From: Minisyncoccia bacterium
GTDB lineage: Bacteria; Patescibacteriota; Minisyncoccia; SW-4-49-11
Direction of reading: 5' to 3'
DNA length: 64,000 bases
NCBI GenBank assembly: GCA_044341565.1
Contig: JBIIRM010000002.1
Coordinates: 1,812-65,811 of the forward strand
Each line of letters opens with the position of its first letter. Positions within the stretch are counted from its first letter, which is position 1. Positions 39,639 through 47,975 of this stretch are shown here, piece by piece. The notes below the pieces were generated by a model, which did no database searches, had not been told where the DNA came from, and saw nothing but the letters and a program-made list of their open reading frames with translations. The position numbers and the translations under genes were made by a program.

Positions 39639-40650
39639 CGAATGCTTGTAAAATAAGGGTAAAATCACCTAATAATATTCCTTCTATATTCGAAAAATTT
39701 TGTTTAATCCTATGATCAGTTATACGGTCTTGGGGGAAATTATAGGTACGAATTTTCTCTGATCTATCTCCAGTCCCAATTTGATTTTTTCGAAAAGAAG
39801 CTTCTTTTTCAGCTTGCTCTTGTTTCATTCTATCTAGAATACGAGTACGTAAAATTTTCATTGCCTTTTCCTTATTTTTGAGCTGAGATTTTTCATCTTG
39901 GCAAGAAACTACTACATTAGTAGGGATATGAGTAATACGAACAGCTGAATCAGTGGTATTAACACTTTGTCCTCCTGGTCCACTGGATCGAAATACATCA
40001 ATTTTTAAATCATTAGGATTAATATCGATGTCAACTTCTTTTGCAATAGGTAATACGGCAACAGTAATAGTAGAAGTATGTACACGGCCAGCTTTTTCTG
40101 TTTTGGGTACTCTTTGCACTCGATGAACTCCACTTTCATATTGTAGATATTTATAGACCTCTGGTCCCCGAGCTTCAATAACAATTTCTTTTATTCCTCC
40201 TACCGAATTCTCGGATAAAGATAATATCTCCGTTTTAGCTCCATTTTTCTGAAGAAAATTAATATAAGCCTTGAATAGCTCTAAAGCAAATAAACCGGCC
40301 TCATCTCCTCCAGCCCCTGCTCGAATTTCTACAATAATTTCATCTGCAAAAGTTTCTTTGGGAGATATAATATCATGCCAAGCTTTTTCTTTTTCAGTTA
40401 ATTCTAATTCCAAACGAGCAATTTCCTCTTCGGCAATTTCTTTCATCTCGGGGTCGCTGAGTAGAACTTTAGCTTCTGCTAATTGAGATTTTATTGTCTC
40501 AATACCTTGTAATAAGGTAATATGACTGGCAAGTTCAGTATGTCTTTTTGAAATAGTAATAAAATCAGAACTACCAAATATCTGAGGTTCAGACATTTGG
40601 GTAGATAATAGTTCATATTCTGCTTGAATATCGGGTAGGGAGGGAATCAT
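39607..40650 (-). CDS. prfA: Peptide chain release factor 1
   Basis: SGPGGQSVNTTDSAVRITHIPT (GGQ) and VQRVPKTE (PxT tripeptide, RF1-type). Confidence 0.9.
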   Translation of the reverse strand: MIPSLPDIQAEYELLSTQMSEPQIFGSSDFITISKRHTELASHITLLQGIETIKSQLAEAKVLLSDPEMKEIAEEEIARLELELTEKEKAWHDIISPKETFADEIIVEIRAGAGGDEAGLFALELFKAYINFLQKNGAKTEILSLSENSVGGIKEIVIEARGPEVYKYLQYESGVHRVQRVPKTEKAGRVHTSTITVAVLPIAKEVDIDINPNDLKIDVFRSSGPGGQSVNTTDSAVRITHIPTNVVVSCQDEKSQLKNKEKAMKILRTRILDRMKQEQAEKEASFRKNQIGTGDRSEKIRTYNFPQDRITDHRIKQNFSNIEGILLGDFTLILQAFDDYQRNNTTE

Positions 40651-40680
40651 ATTATTGTCCCTAAATATAAGTTGAGGGAG

Positions 40681-40902
40681 TTATTTATTTGAGAGCTTAT
40701 CTTTCTTCTCTAATTTAGCTCGGAATTTCTCAACTCTTCCAGCGGTATCTACCAAAGTTCTTTTTCCTGTATAAAAAGGATGACATTTTGAACATACTTC
40801 AATAGAAATTTTTTCTCTTGTAGCTCCAATTTCAAATTCAGTACTACAAGAAATACATTTAACAGTAGTATGATAATAGGTTGGGTGAATGCCAGATTTC
40901 AT
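40681..40902 (-). CDS. rpmE: 50S ribosomal protein L31
   Basis: MKSGIHPTYY...C.C...CHPFYTGK. Confidence 0.9.
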   Translation of the reverse strand: MKSGIHPTYYHTTVKCISCSTEFEIGATREKISIEVCSKCHPFYTGKRTLVDTAGRVEKFRAKLEKKDKLSNK

Positions 40903-40992
40903 AAATAGATATATTAATCATTACATAATTGTCTATAAGTATAGCATATATATCTCATAAAGTCAATCCATATGAGTGGTATTGTAATACAG

Positions 40993-41021
40993 TTGTTTTG
41001 TGTATATTTGTATGCTATACT
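40993..41021 (+). promoter_or_regulatory. Extended -10 promoter for the glycan locus
   Basis: TTGTTT, 17-nt spacer ending in ATGC, TATACT (41016-41021). Confidence 0.45.
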
Positions 41022-41049
41022 TTTACTATATTATAATACATATCATAAT

Positions 41050-41802
41050 ATGGAGTCCAATCTCACTTTGGGTGATATTATATCCAAAATACAAAGAAAA
41101 TTTAATACGGTTATTATTATAACACTTATTTTTGTATTAGTCGGAGTGGGTATTACTCTTATTATACCAAAACAATATAGGGGAGAATCTCAATTTGTTG
41201 TTATTCAAAAGGCAAATCCAGAAATTGACTCCTATACGGCACAAAGATCAATTGATTCTAAAGTAGATTTATTAGTGAATTTGGTATATACTGATACATT
41301 TTTTGCAAGTGTTACAGCGGATAATGTTGATATCAAGAATGCATTTCCTGAAAATCTGAAGGATAGAAGAACCGCATTTGCTCGTAATATTATTGTTGAA
41401 GCTAAGGGAACTGGTTTTGTCTCAGTATCAACCTATGATGTCTCCTCTGAACTTGCCCTTACTATGAATAAAGTCGTAGTGGATAAATTAATTGAACAGG
41501 CAAAGGTATTATTTGGAGAAACAGGTACTATTCAAGTTGTAAATCAATCATCTCTGTATGATGGAGTTGGGCGGCCAGATATTTTGGTTAATCTCTTGGG
41601 ATCAGCTCTATTAGGATTTTCTATTGCGATTGGATATGTTATTGCAAGGCGAGATCAAAGTATATCATATGATTTTGGTGTTGATAATTTTGTGTCCCCA
41701 CAACTTCCTGATGAATATGAAATAGCTGAAAACCCTATTATTGATTTAACTCCACCCCCATCTATAAGTCCAGATACAGAGTATGACTCAGATAAGTTCT
41801 AA
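41050..41802 (+). CDS. Wzz/chain-length-determinant-like membrane protein
   Basis: Start reassigned to the ATG at 41050 (MESNLTLGDI). N-terminal TM, then PKQYRGESQFVV; a second TM near the C-terminus. Confidence 0.5.
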   Translation: MESNLTLGDIISKIQRKFNTVIIITLIFVLVGVGITLIIPKQYRGESQFVVIQKANPEIDSYTAQRSIDSKVDLLVNLVYTDTFFASVTADNVDIKNAFPENLKDRRTAFARNIIVEAKGTGFVSVSTYDVSSELALTMNKVVVDKLIEQAKVLFGETGTIQVVNQSSLYDGVGRPDILVNLLGSALLGFSIAIGYVIARRDQSISYDFGVDNFVSPQLPDEYEIAENPIIDLTPPPSISPDTEYDSDKF

Positions 41803-43177
41803 TATAATTATTGGACTTGGGGCTATAAGTTTACTTATATGTATTTTACTTAATGCTCCTGGTATCATATTTGCGGCAGTTATTCTTAGTTGGGTATTTG
41901 TATTCATATTATCTATTTCTTTAGAAGTAGGTTTATTTACTTTGATTTTTTTACGGCCAGCTATAGATATTATTAGCCCTTTTACATTACCTGATTTTCC
42001 TATTATTAATTTGGGATCTACTATTGCTATAATGATAATAGTATTGTCATTCATATATATATATAAACACCGAATAGTAGTATATAATTCACATATCCCT
42101 TTAATGTGGAGTTTAGGACTGATTGTACTTGTATATATTATTTTTAGTTTTACAGGGATTTCATTGTTTGTCGGATTACAGGAAACAGTGAGAGTATTGA
42201 GTTTTATTATGCTCTATTTTGTGGGGTGGATATATGTTTCACATCAAAATAAATTAATGAATATAATGAGAGTTATTATATATGGGAGTATTATTCCACT
42301 ATTCGTTGCATATATTGAATATTTTTCTGGCACAGGATTATATACTAATCCTGGGTTTGAAAATCGTATTGCAGGTACATTTGGACATCCTAATGTACTT
42401 GCGTATTATTCTATTATTATCCTTGCATTAATTGGGAGTATATGGCTGAATAAGAATACTACTATTTCAATAGATGAAAAGAGATTATTAGGAAGTATTG
42501 GCTTATTATATATTATTATTCTTTTGGTTACTTTTACACGAGGTGCCTGGTTTGGGCTTATCATGTTAATTGCCTTAATAGGATTAATTAAATATCCACG
42601 TAAAAGTTTAATTATTACATCAATAGGATTAGGATTTATTGCTTTAGTATTATCTATATATCAGATTTTATCTCCCCCTACTGTTTTAGATTTACCGCCA
42701 CTAACTACTTTACCTGTGATTAATAGAGTATCAGGCTTATTTAATGCCGACCCCAGTGATTCGGTGATATGGAGATTAACTATGTGGACAGATATGTATG
42801 AAAAAGCCTGGGAGTCCCCTATAATAGGTTTTGGTACAGGAAGTTCTCAAATTATGGTTGAGCAAACACGAGGTACATTTAGAGGTTCTCTTGAAGTACA
42901 TAATGATTATATCAAAATATTCCTAGAACAAGGATTGATTGGCCTTATGATATATGGAATATTAATACTTAATATTCTAGGAGTATTATATTATCGCTAT
43001 ATACAGGGTAAAAATATCTATATTTTATATTTAGCATCCTTGATGACGGTGATTTATATAGTGAGTTTTTGGGATAATTTACTTCGTGGAACAGTATTAA
43101 TGTGGATATTATTCCTTTTATTGGGGGCAGTATTACATTATCAGAGTTTAGATAATAAATCAGATACGAGTATATGA
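41783..43177 (+). CDS. O-antigen ligase/polymerase-like (Wzy_C) polytopic membrane protein
   Basis: At least 10 predicted TM helices. TFTRGAWFGLIMLIALIG loop typical of Wzy_C proteins. Confidence 0.65.
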   Translation: MTQISSNIIIGLGAISLLICILLNAPGIIFAAVILSWVFVFILSISLEVGLFTLIFLRPAIDIISPFTLPDFPIINLGSTIAIMIIVLSFIYIYKHRIVVYNSHIPLMWSLGLIVLVYIIFSFTGISLFVGLQETVRVLSFIMLYFVGWIYVSHQNKLMNIMRVIIYGSIIPLFVAYIEYFSGTGLYTNPGFENRIAGTFGHPNVLAYYSIIILALIGSIWLNKNTTISIDEKRLLGSIGLLYIIILLVTFTRGAWFGLIMLIALIGLIKYPRKSLIITSIGLGFIALVLSIYQILSPPTVLDLPPLTTLPVINRVSGLFNADPSDSVIWRLTMWTDMYEKAWESPIIGFGTGSSQIMVEQTRGTFRGSLEVHNDYIKIFLEQGLIGLMIYGILILNILGVLYYRYIQGKNIYILYLASLMTVIYIVSFWDNLLRGTVLMWILFLLLGAVLHYQSLDNKSDTSI

Positions 43178-44238
43178 AAATTTTAGTATTAGGTCGACAA
43201 CATATAGCTAAATCAGAGGATATTATTAAAGGTCTTCAGGATTTGGGACATACTGTACATTATCTCCTTTTCCCTTCCCTCCAATATCCTCAAAATTATT
43301 ATACTACTCATACAGGAAATATATCGACTCTATCATATACATCCAAGATAGCATATTATTGGGGACATTATCATAGTATACGGAAATATATGACATCTCA
43401 TCTTGATACGGATTATGATTATATTTTAGCTATAGATTGGTTTGAGGGATATATTGCTCTTTCACTCCGAGATTATTTTAAGGATATCCCTATAATATAT
43501 TATGCCTATGATTATTATTTTTATTCTAATAGACTTTCATCACGCTATATTATTAACAAAATAGAGGCCTCAGTATATAAGCGGGCAAATATGGTCTGGG
43601 CTTTGAGTTCACAAATTATTATAGAACATGAAAAAAAACATATTAATAAATCTTTGGTATTGACTATACCATTAGGGATTCATACTCAAAAAATTGCTCC
43701 CTATAAACCCGATTCAAGACAAATACTCTTTATGGGTAATTTTAAAGAAGGGCATAATTTACGATTATTGGTAAATGTTTTTGCAAAATTATCTCCAGAC
43801 TATCATCTACATCTTATAGGTAAGGGTAATTTATATCAAGAAATTGAGAAAATAATTCAACCTGCAAGCTCTAATATTACTTTATATGGATTTCAAGATG
43901 AACAGCAAATACAAGAATTAGTAGTGAAGCATCATATTGGTTTTGGAATAGCTTTATATGAGAATACATTAGAAATATCTTGTGCTGATCCAGGGAAAAT
44001 TAAAGATTATCTTTCATTGGGGCTCCCAATTATTACTACTCCATATCCTAGTATAAGTAAGGATATACAAGAATATAATTTAGGATTAGTAATACAAGAT
44101 AATGAAGAAAGTTTATATACAACATTAATTCATATAGATGAAAATAATATGAATAAGTTTGCAAAAAATATTATAAGATACACTCAACAACATAGTTATG
44201 CTAAAATATTAGCTAAAGCTTTATCTCAGAGTAAATGA
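43174..44238 (+). CDS. Glycosyltransferase (GT-B fold, GT4-like)
   Basis: 354 aa. C-terminal half resembles Glycos_transf_1 (FMGNFKEGHN...LGLPIITTP). Confidence 0.5.
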   Translation: MKILVLGRQHIAKSEDIIKGLQDLGHTVHYLLFPSLQYPQNYYTTHTGNISTLSYTSKIAYYWGHYHSIRKYMTSHLDTDYDYILAIDWFEGYIALSLRDYFKDIPIIYYAYDYYFYSNRLSSRYIINKIEASVYKRANMVWALSSQIIIEHEKKHINKSLVLTIPLGIHTQKIAPYKPDSRQILFMGNFKEGHNLRLLVNVFAKLSPDYHLHLIGKGNLYQEIEKIIQPASSNITLYGFQDEQQIQELVVKHHIGFGIALYENTLEISCADPGKIKDYLSLGLPIITTPYPSISKDIQEYNLGLVIQDNEESLYTTLIHIDENNMNKFAKNIIRYTQQHSYAKILAKALSQSK

Positions 44239-44300
44239 TATCTATTGATAAAATGTCATATATATGATAGGGTAGAGATGTCCATCTTTGGTTATTTACC

Positions 44301-44696
44301 ATGAAAAAGCTCTTTCTCCCTTTTGTAACAGCAATTTCAGTTCTATTCCCAATGGCAGCAACAGCTCAATGGTGGGGTGAATCTTTTGAAAGTATTGAAT
44401 ATAATGGGGTGATAATTCGCTCCGATATTCGTCCACGCACTATTATTTGTCCTATTGTGGAATCACAAGGATTACCTTGTGATGGATATCAAGGATTCAA
44501 TGCATCCACCAGGACTCATATTTTTAGAAATAATGGGAATTGGAATAATAATAGAAACTGGAATAATCAGTGGCAAAACCCAGGATGGAATAATAATCAA
44601 CATTGGAGACAGCCTAATTCAGGATGGAATAATAATGGAGGTTGCCTCTTCAAAAAATGGACGCGAGATGGTGGCTTTGCAATCGGGAATTGCTGA
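44301..44696 (+). CDS. Secreted Asn/Trp-rich small protein (island unit 1, host-like AT-rich composition)
   Basis: Signal peptide MKKLFLPFVTAISVLFPMAATAQ. NWNNNRNWNNQWQNPGWNNNQHWRQPNSGWNNNGG low-complexity block, encoded by a recurring TGGAATAATAAT unit. Cys residues flank the block. Confidence 0.7.
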   Translation: MKKLFLPFVTAISVLFPMAATAQWWGESFESIEYNGVIIRSDIRPRTIICPIVESQGLPCDGYQGFNASTRTHIFRNNGNWNNNRNWNNQWQNPGWNNNQHWRQPNSGWNNNGGCLFKKWTRDGGFAIGNC

Positions 44697-44718
44697 TACA
44701 TTATTTTCCAATCTCAAG

Positions 44719-44747
44719 CCGGTAGCAATAGCTGCCGGTATTTTTTT
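44719..44747 (+). terminator. Intrinsic terminator of island unit 1
   Basis: CCGGTAGC-aata-GCTGCCGG (one G.U pair), followed by TATTTTTTT. Confidence 0.65.
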
Positions 44748-44758
44748 GTTTTTATATC

Positions 44759-44787
44759 TTGACAAATAAGATATAATATGCTATAGT
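44759..44787 (+). promoter_or_regulatory. Extended -10 promoter of island unit 2
   Basis: TTGACA (44759-44764), 17-nt spacer ending in ATGC, TATAGT (44782-44787). Confidence 0.6.
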
Positions 44788-44812
44788 CACTAAGTCGTTT
44801 CGTGGATAAACC

Positions 44813-45124
44813 ATGAAAACTCTTACCAAGTTCATCGCCGGCGCTCTGCTGGCAGGCACCACACTTCTGACCGTGGCTCCCGCCACGGCTCAGTCCCTCA
44901 GCGGCAGGGTCGCCGTCGGACCCATCGGGTCCACCACGAGGGCCTGGACCTCGGTCTCCGAAGCTCAGTCCCTGTGTGCCCGCAATGGGTGCTGGGTGAC
45001 CGATGGGGTGGAGGTGTCACCCGGTAATTGGGTACCGAACACTCTGTTCCCGGGGGCGAAATCCCTCAGGGATTCAGCTGGGAACGGCCTGCTCGAGATT
45101 CCTCGAGCGACATCTCCTCGCTGA
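44813..45124 (+). CDS. High-GC secreted small protein, unknown function (island unit 2)
   Basis: 103 aa. Signal peptide MKTLTKFIAGALLAGTTLLTVAPATAQ. GC-rich third codon positions (gcc ggc gct ctg ctg gca ggc acc). Line 44881-44940 counts 44/60 G+C. Confidence 0.7.
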   Translation: MKTLTKFIAGALLAGTTLLTVAPATAQSLSGRVAVGPIGSTTRAWTSVSEAQSLCARNGCWVTDGVEVSPGNWVPNTLFPGAKSLRDSAGNGLLEIPRATSPR

Positions 45125-45150
45125 GGTGTCAGTTCAGTTTAGTTCAATAA

Positions 45151-45176
45151 GCCTCTGCAATGCAGGGGCCTTTTTT
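45151..45176 (+). terminator. Intrinsic terminator of island unit 2
   Basis: GCCTCTGC-aat-GCAGGGGC (one G.U pair), followed by CTTTTTT. Confidence 0.7.
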
Positions 45177-45199
45177 ATATATTGAAATGTTGTCAATAC

Positions 45200-45228
45200 T
45201 TGACTTTTTGGTTTAAATATGCTATTAT
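45200..45228 (+). promoter_or_regulatory. Extended -10 promoter of island unit 3
   Basis: TTGACT (45200-45205), 17-nt spacer ending in ATGC, TATTAT (45223-45228). Confidence 0.6.
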
Positions 45229-45255
45229 AGATCCGTCTTTCATGGGTTTATCCTA

Positions 45256-46254
45256 ATGAAAAAGTTCATTCCCATCTTGCTTGGCTCTGTTTTACTGGCT
45301 TCGGCTGGAAAGGCGGAGACATTGCCTTTGAGGCTCCAGATCAGCACCCCAGATTCCAATCGGGCGGTGAGGGTGATCATAAGTCCCAGTCAAGCGAAAG
45401 CCTCGGCAGGGCTGGTAACAGCTCGTCCTGGTTCCAATCCCTCGGACTGGGCACCTCAGTACAATAGACTGATTAACCAAAAGGCCCTCGGGTCTCGCGG
45501 TCAATCGGGTGCTGGGCTCACAGCAGGTACGCCTCGGCGTTTCTGTCTGGTGCCTTTGTACCAGGAGGTGAAAAATCTCTCTGCGCTCCCTTGTGGAGCT
45601 TATGGGGAGAGTATCAACTTCCGGTCCAATGGACCCCTTGCCTTCAGCCTTATCAGTGTCAAATCTGATGGTGGATGGCAATGGCTCGACAATGGGCCTA
45701 AGGGGGCTGGTACTGGTGGTCTTACTCTTGTAAGTTCACCAGGCTGGGAAGTTGCTGGGTGGGGACATACCTCAAAAGGGTATGTCCCCACCAGCAGGGG
45801 AGTATTCTTTGGCCCCATCTTCACGGGTGGGGACTTGGCTACCTCGAGGATTTTATCCTCGACTCCCGCCTCGGCGGTGAGGGAGCCTATCTGGCGTCTG
45901 CCAGATTCTGGGCTCAGGTTCCCGGCAGTGATCACGGTCAGCAATGATCGTATCACTCTCTCCACCACCCCCATTCCCGGGGCGCAATATTTCTTCCTCC
46001 CTCGGGAGGGCGGTATGTCGGTAGGACGCGAATTCATCGCAATTCAGCCAGGAGTAGCATTCCAAGCTGGAGTTCAGCTGAACTCCTCCGCTACCGATGC
46101 TGGCACCTTTGGTGCCAAGCTTCCCGATGGCAAGATTGCCTGGATTCAATGGGGATCTCGTCCTGATGGACGTGACACCCGGGTCAAGGTGATTAATCAA
46201 GGTGGTCAGCCCTGGGTTCAGCAAGGTTGGAGCTTGGTCCGCGTTCATCGCTGA
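45256..46254 (+). CDS. High-GC secreted protein, unknown function (island unit 3)
   Basis: 332 aa. Signal peptide MKKFIPILLGSVLLASAGKAE. G/P/S/W-rich mature part. Promoter, terminator and signal peptide all support the + strand over the open antisense frames. Confidence 0.75.
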   Translation: MKKFIPILLGSVLLASAGKAETLPLRLQISTPDSNRAVRVIISPSQAKASAGLVTARPGSNPSDWAPQYNRLINQKALGSRGQSGAGLTAGTPRRFCLVPLYQEVKNLSALPCGAYGESINFRSNGPLAFSLISVKSDGGWQWLDNGPKGAGTGGLTLVSSPGWEVAGWGHTSKGYVPTSRGVFFGPIFTGGDLATSRILSSTPASAVREPIWRLPDSGLRFPAVITVSNDRITLSTTPIPGAQYFFLPREGGMSVGREFIAIQPGVAFQAGVQLNSSATDAGTFGAKLPDGKIAWIQWGSRPDGRDTRVKVINQGGQPWVQQGWSLVRVHR

Positions 46255-46271
46255 TCAGACTCCTCATATCA

Positions 46272-46298
46272 GCCCTCACAATTTGTGGGGGCTTTTTT
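46272..46298 (+). terminator. Intrinsic terminator of island unit 3
   Basis: GCCCTCACA-att-TGTGGGGGC (one G.U pair), followed by TTTTTT. Confidence 0.7.
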
Positions 46299-46337
46299 AT
46301 TTCTCTCCAAAAACACTATAATAGATGTTGTTAGCTA

Positions 46338-46366
46338 TTGACAAAATCGTGTTTTTATGCTAGTAT
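46338..46366 (+). promoter_or_regulatory. Extended -10 promoter of island unit 4
   Basis: TTGACA (46338-46343), 17-nt spacer ending in ATGC, TAGTAT (46361-46366). The TTG of the -35 box is what the ORF track used as a start codon. Confidence 0.6.
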
Positions 46367-46394
46367 GCGAGAGTTCTTTACCAGGAGTTTTACG

Positions 46395-47528
46395 ATGAAA
46401 AATCGTAACATCTTGGGGATGTTTGCAATCGTTCTTCCACTACTTGCCCCTATGGGTGTCAAGGCGGAGAATTTGCTCTCATCACCTCAATCGAATATCC
46501 AGGCAGAAATGCCTCGGAGACTCTCAACTCGAGAGCAAGCAGCTGAGCTTCGCGCCATGCGTGAAGCTGCCGAGGCTCGTAATGCTGGAAGTGTTCCGCA
46601 AATGTCACAGACTCCACCTGGACCACCACCGGTTTTGCCGGTAACTCAGGTTGTGACACAACAACCTGTCAATCCTGTGGTTGCAGGACCTGTTGTTACC
46701 CCTTTTCAAAAGGGCGGTGGAGAATCCTCCCTGTTCGGTGGTAATAACACCAATATCAGGGGGGAGGCAGAGTACAGTAGCACTCCCAGCCAGATCAATT
46801 CCAAGGCTGGAGTCACGCTGGCTCCCAAGGGGAAACCTTTCCTGATGCAAGTTACCGGCTATCAAAGCTCGGGAACTTGCCCAGCAGGTCCGGGAGGTAC
46901 TTGTTCCTATGATTCCAGTAAGCTGGATATCTATGGGGCTCTGAGAGGCTGGTCTTCCACTACCGAGTGGAATGCTGGTCCCTTTGTCCGTTTCCAGCAG
47001 AATAATGCTAATGGGACTTGGAAAAGCCCCGATGGTCTTTATTCCGGTGAATGGAAGTCGGATAAGCCTCAGACTGATGTCGGTATCCGAGCCCGGATTC
47101 GTCATCGCCTGGACCCCAAGTCTTCCGCCAATCCTTGGATTGGTGCAGGTGGCGAATACGATTTCGCCAATGGAGGCTATGACGCCTTCGGCGAAGGCGG
47201 TATTCGCCCCGGCAACTCCAAGAATCCCTGGAATCTGTATGTCCAGGGGGGTGTGAATACTGACGGAGGATATTTTTATCCCGAGGTCACCACACCTAAT
47301 CTGGTGGGGGATGCCAATTCGAAGCTGCAGGTCCAGCTTCAGGCAAAGGGAGTTCTTTATGGCCTCGGCCGTGATAACTCCACTAGTCGAGTTGAACTCG
47401 GGGCCCCCATCACCCTGAATCTCAGCCGCAATACGGCTATTCAGGTGGTGCCAGCCTATGTGCTGGGACTCGACTCCAATACCCGCTCAGGGTTTGGGGG
47501 CACAGTAAAGCTCCGCTTCGGCTTCTGA
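46395..47528 (+). CDS. Moderately high-GC secreted protein with outer-membrane beta-barrel hallmarks (island unit 4)
   Basis: Start reassigned to the ATG at 46395, with GGAG 8 nt upstream. Signal peptide MKNRNILGMFAIVLPLLAPMGVKAE, a Pro-rich stretch, then a G/N/Y/W-rich region with alternating-hydrophobic strands. The protein ends in GGTVKLRFGF* (terminal Phe, hydrophobic at -3, -5, -7). Confidence 0.75.
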   Translation: MKNRNILGMFAIVLPLLAPMGVKAENLLSSPQSNIQAEMPRRLSTREQAAELRAMREAAEARNAGSVPQMSQTPPGPPPVLPVTQVVTQQPVNPVVAGPVVTPFQKGGGESSLFGGNNTNIRGEAEYSSTPSQINSKAGVTLAPKGKPFLMQVTGYQSSGTCPAGPGGTCSYDSSKLDIYGALRGWSSTTEWNAGPFVRFQQNNANGTWKSPDGLYSGEWKSDKPQTDVGIRARIRHRLDPKSSANPWIGAGGEYDFANGGYDAFGEGGIRPGNSKNPWNLYVQGGVNTDGGYFYPEVTTPNLVGDANSKLQVQLQAKGVLYGLGRDNSTSRVELGAPITLNLSRNTAIQVVPAYVLGLDSNTRSGFGGTVKLRFGF

Positions 47529-47606
47529 AGTAAAACCAAAAATGATAGCAACTAACCCCTCACGGGGAGCAGTCGCCTTGACCATCTCTGGTTTTATACC
47601 CCTATA

Positions 47607-47640
47607 TCTCCAGCTGCTTGCAGTTGGGGATTTTCATTTT
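47607..47640 (+). terminator. Intrinsic terminator of island unit 4
   Basis: TCTCCAGCTG-cttg-CAGTTGGGGA (two G.U pairs), followed by TTTTCATTTT. Confidence 0.65.
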
Positions 47641-47687
47641 GTAAGAATATAGGCTATAATAGATTTTATATCTGCTCTTTTAGATTC

Positions 47688-47879
47688 ATGAGACGCAACC
47701 CAGTCTTACTGATTATATCTATTTTGGTAGCTGTAATCATTCAGCATAGTATTGCCGAAGAAGATATTATGTCAGAGAATATTCCTCATCAGTCTCAGGT
47801 ACTGCTTAGTATTTTGTCTCTCCTCTCAGGTTTGATTGGAGCTGATATATTTATGACAGGTATTCGACTCATTTGGTAA
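47688..47879 (+). CDS. Small hydrophobic (two-TM) protein, unknown function (island unit 5)
   Basis: 63 aa, MRRNPVLLIISILVAVIIQHS...LLSILSLLSGLIGADIFMTGI. TATAAT at 47655-47660 upstream and a hairpin downstream. By eye its GC looks intermediate between host and island (not counted). Confidence 0.45.
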   Translation: MRRNPVLLIISILVAVIIQHSIAEEDIMSENIPHQSQVLLSILSLLSGLIGADIFMTGIRLIW

Positions 47880-47896
47880 TGCTTCAACTTTAGGTT

Positions 47897-47930
47897 CACT
47901 CTCAATTCGAGGGTGGGCTTTTCTTTATTT
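47897..47930 (+). terminator. Intrinsic terminator of island unit 5
   Basis: CACTCTC-aattc-GAGGGTG (one G.U pair), followed by GGCTTTTCTTTATTT. Confidence 0.55.
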
Positions 47931-47946
47931 CAGTTGTTGAAAACTT

Positions 47947-47975
47947 TTGACATTTGAGTCAAAATATGCTATAAT
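47947..47975 (+). promoter_or_regulatory. Extended -10 promoter of the downstream glycosyltransferase gene
   Basis: TTGACA (47947-47952), 17-nt spacer ending in ATGC, TATAAT (47970-47975). Confidence 0.6.

Noticed and set aside
46338-46394. N-terminal extension of the unit-4 ORF starting at TTG 46338 (MTKSCFYASMREFFTRSFT...).
   Set aside because: The TTG is the first half of the TTGACA -35 box. The ATG at 46395 has GGAG upstream and begins a textbook signal peptide.
45292-47105. Long antisense or alternative-frame ORFs inside the high-GC genes (45292-45681, 45600-46037, 45853-46248, 46459-46659, 46605-47105 on the minus strand; 45003-45185, 45759-45947, 46423-46644, 46972-47256 on the plus strand).
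   Set aside because: High-GC DNA is poor in stop codons, so shadow ORFs are expected. Only the chosen plus-strand frames have a promoter, a leader, an ATG followed by a signal peptide, GC-biased third positions and a downstream unidirectional terminator.
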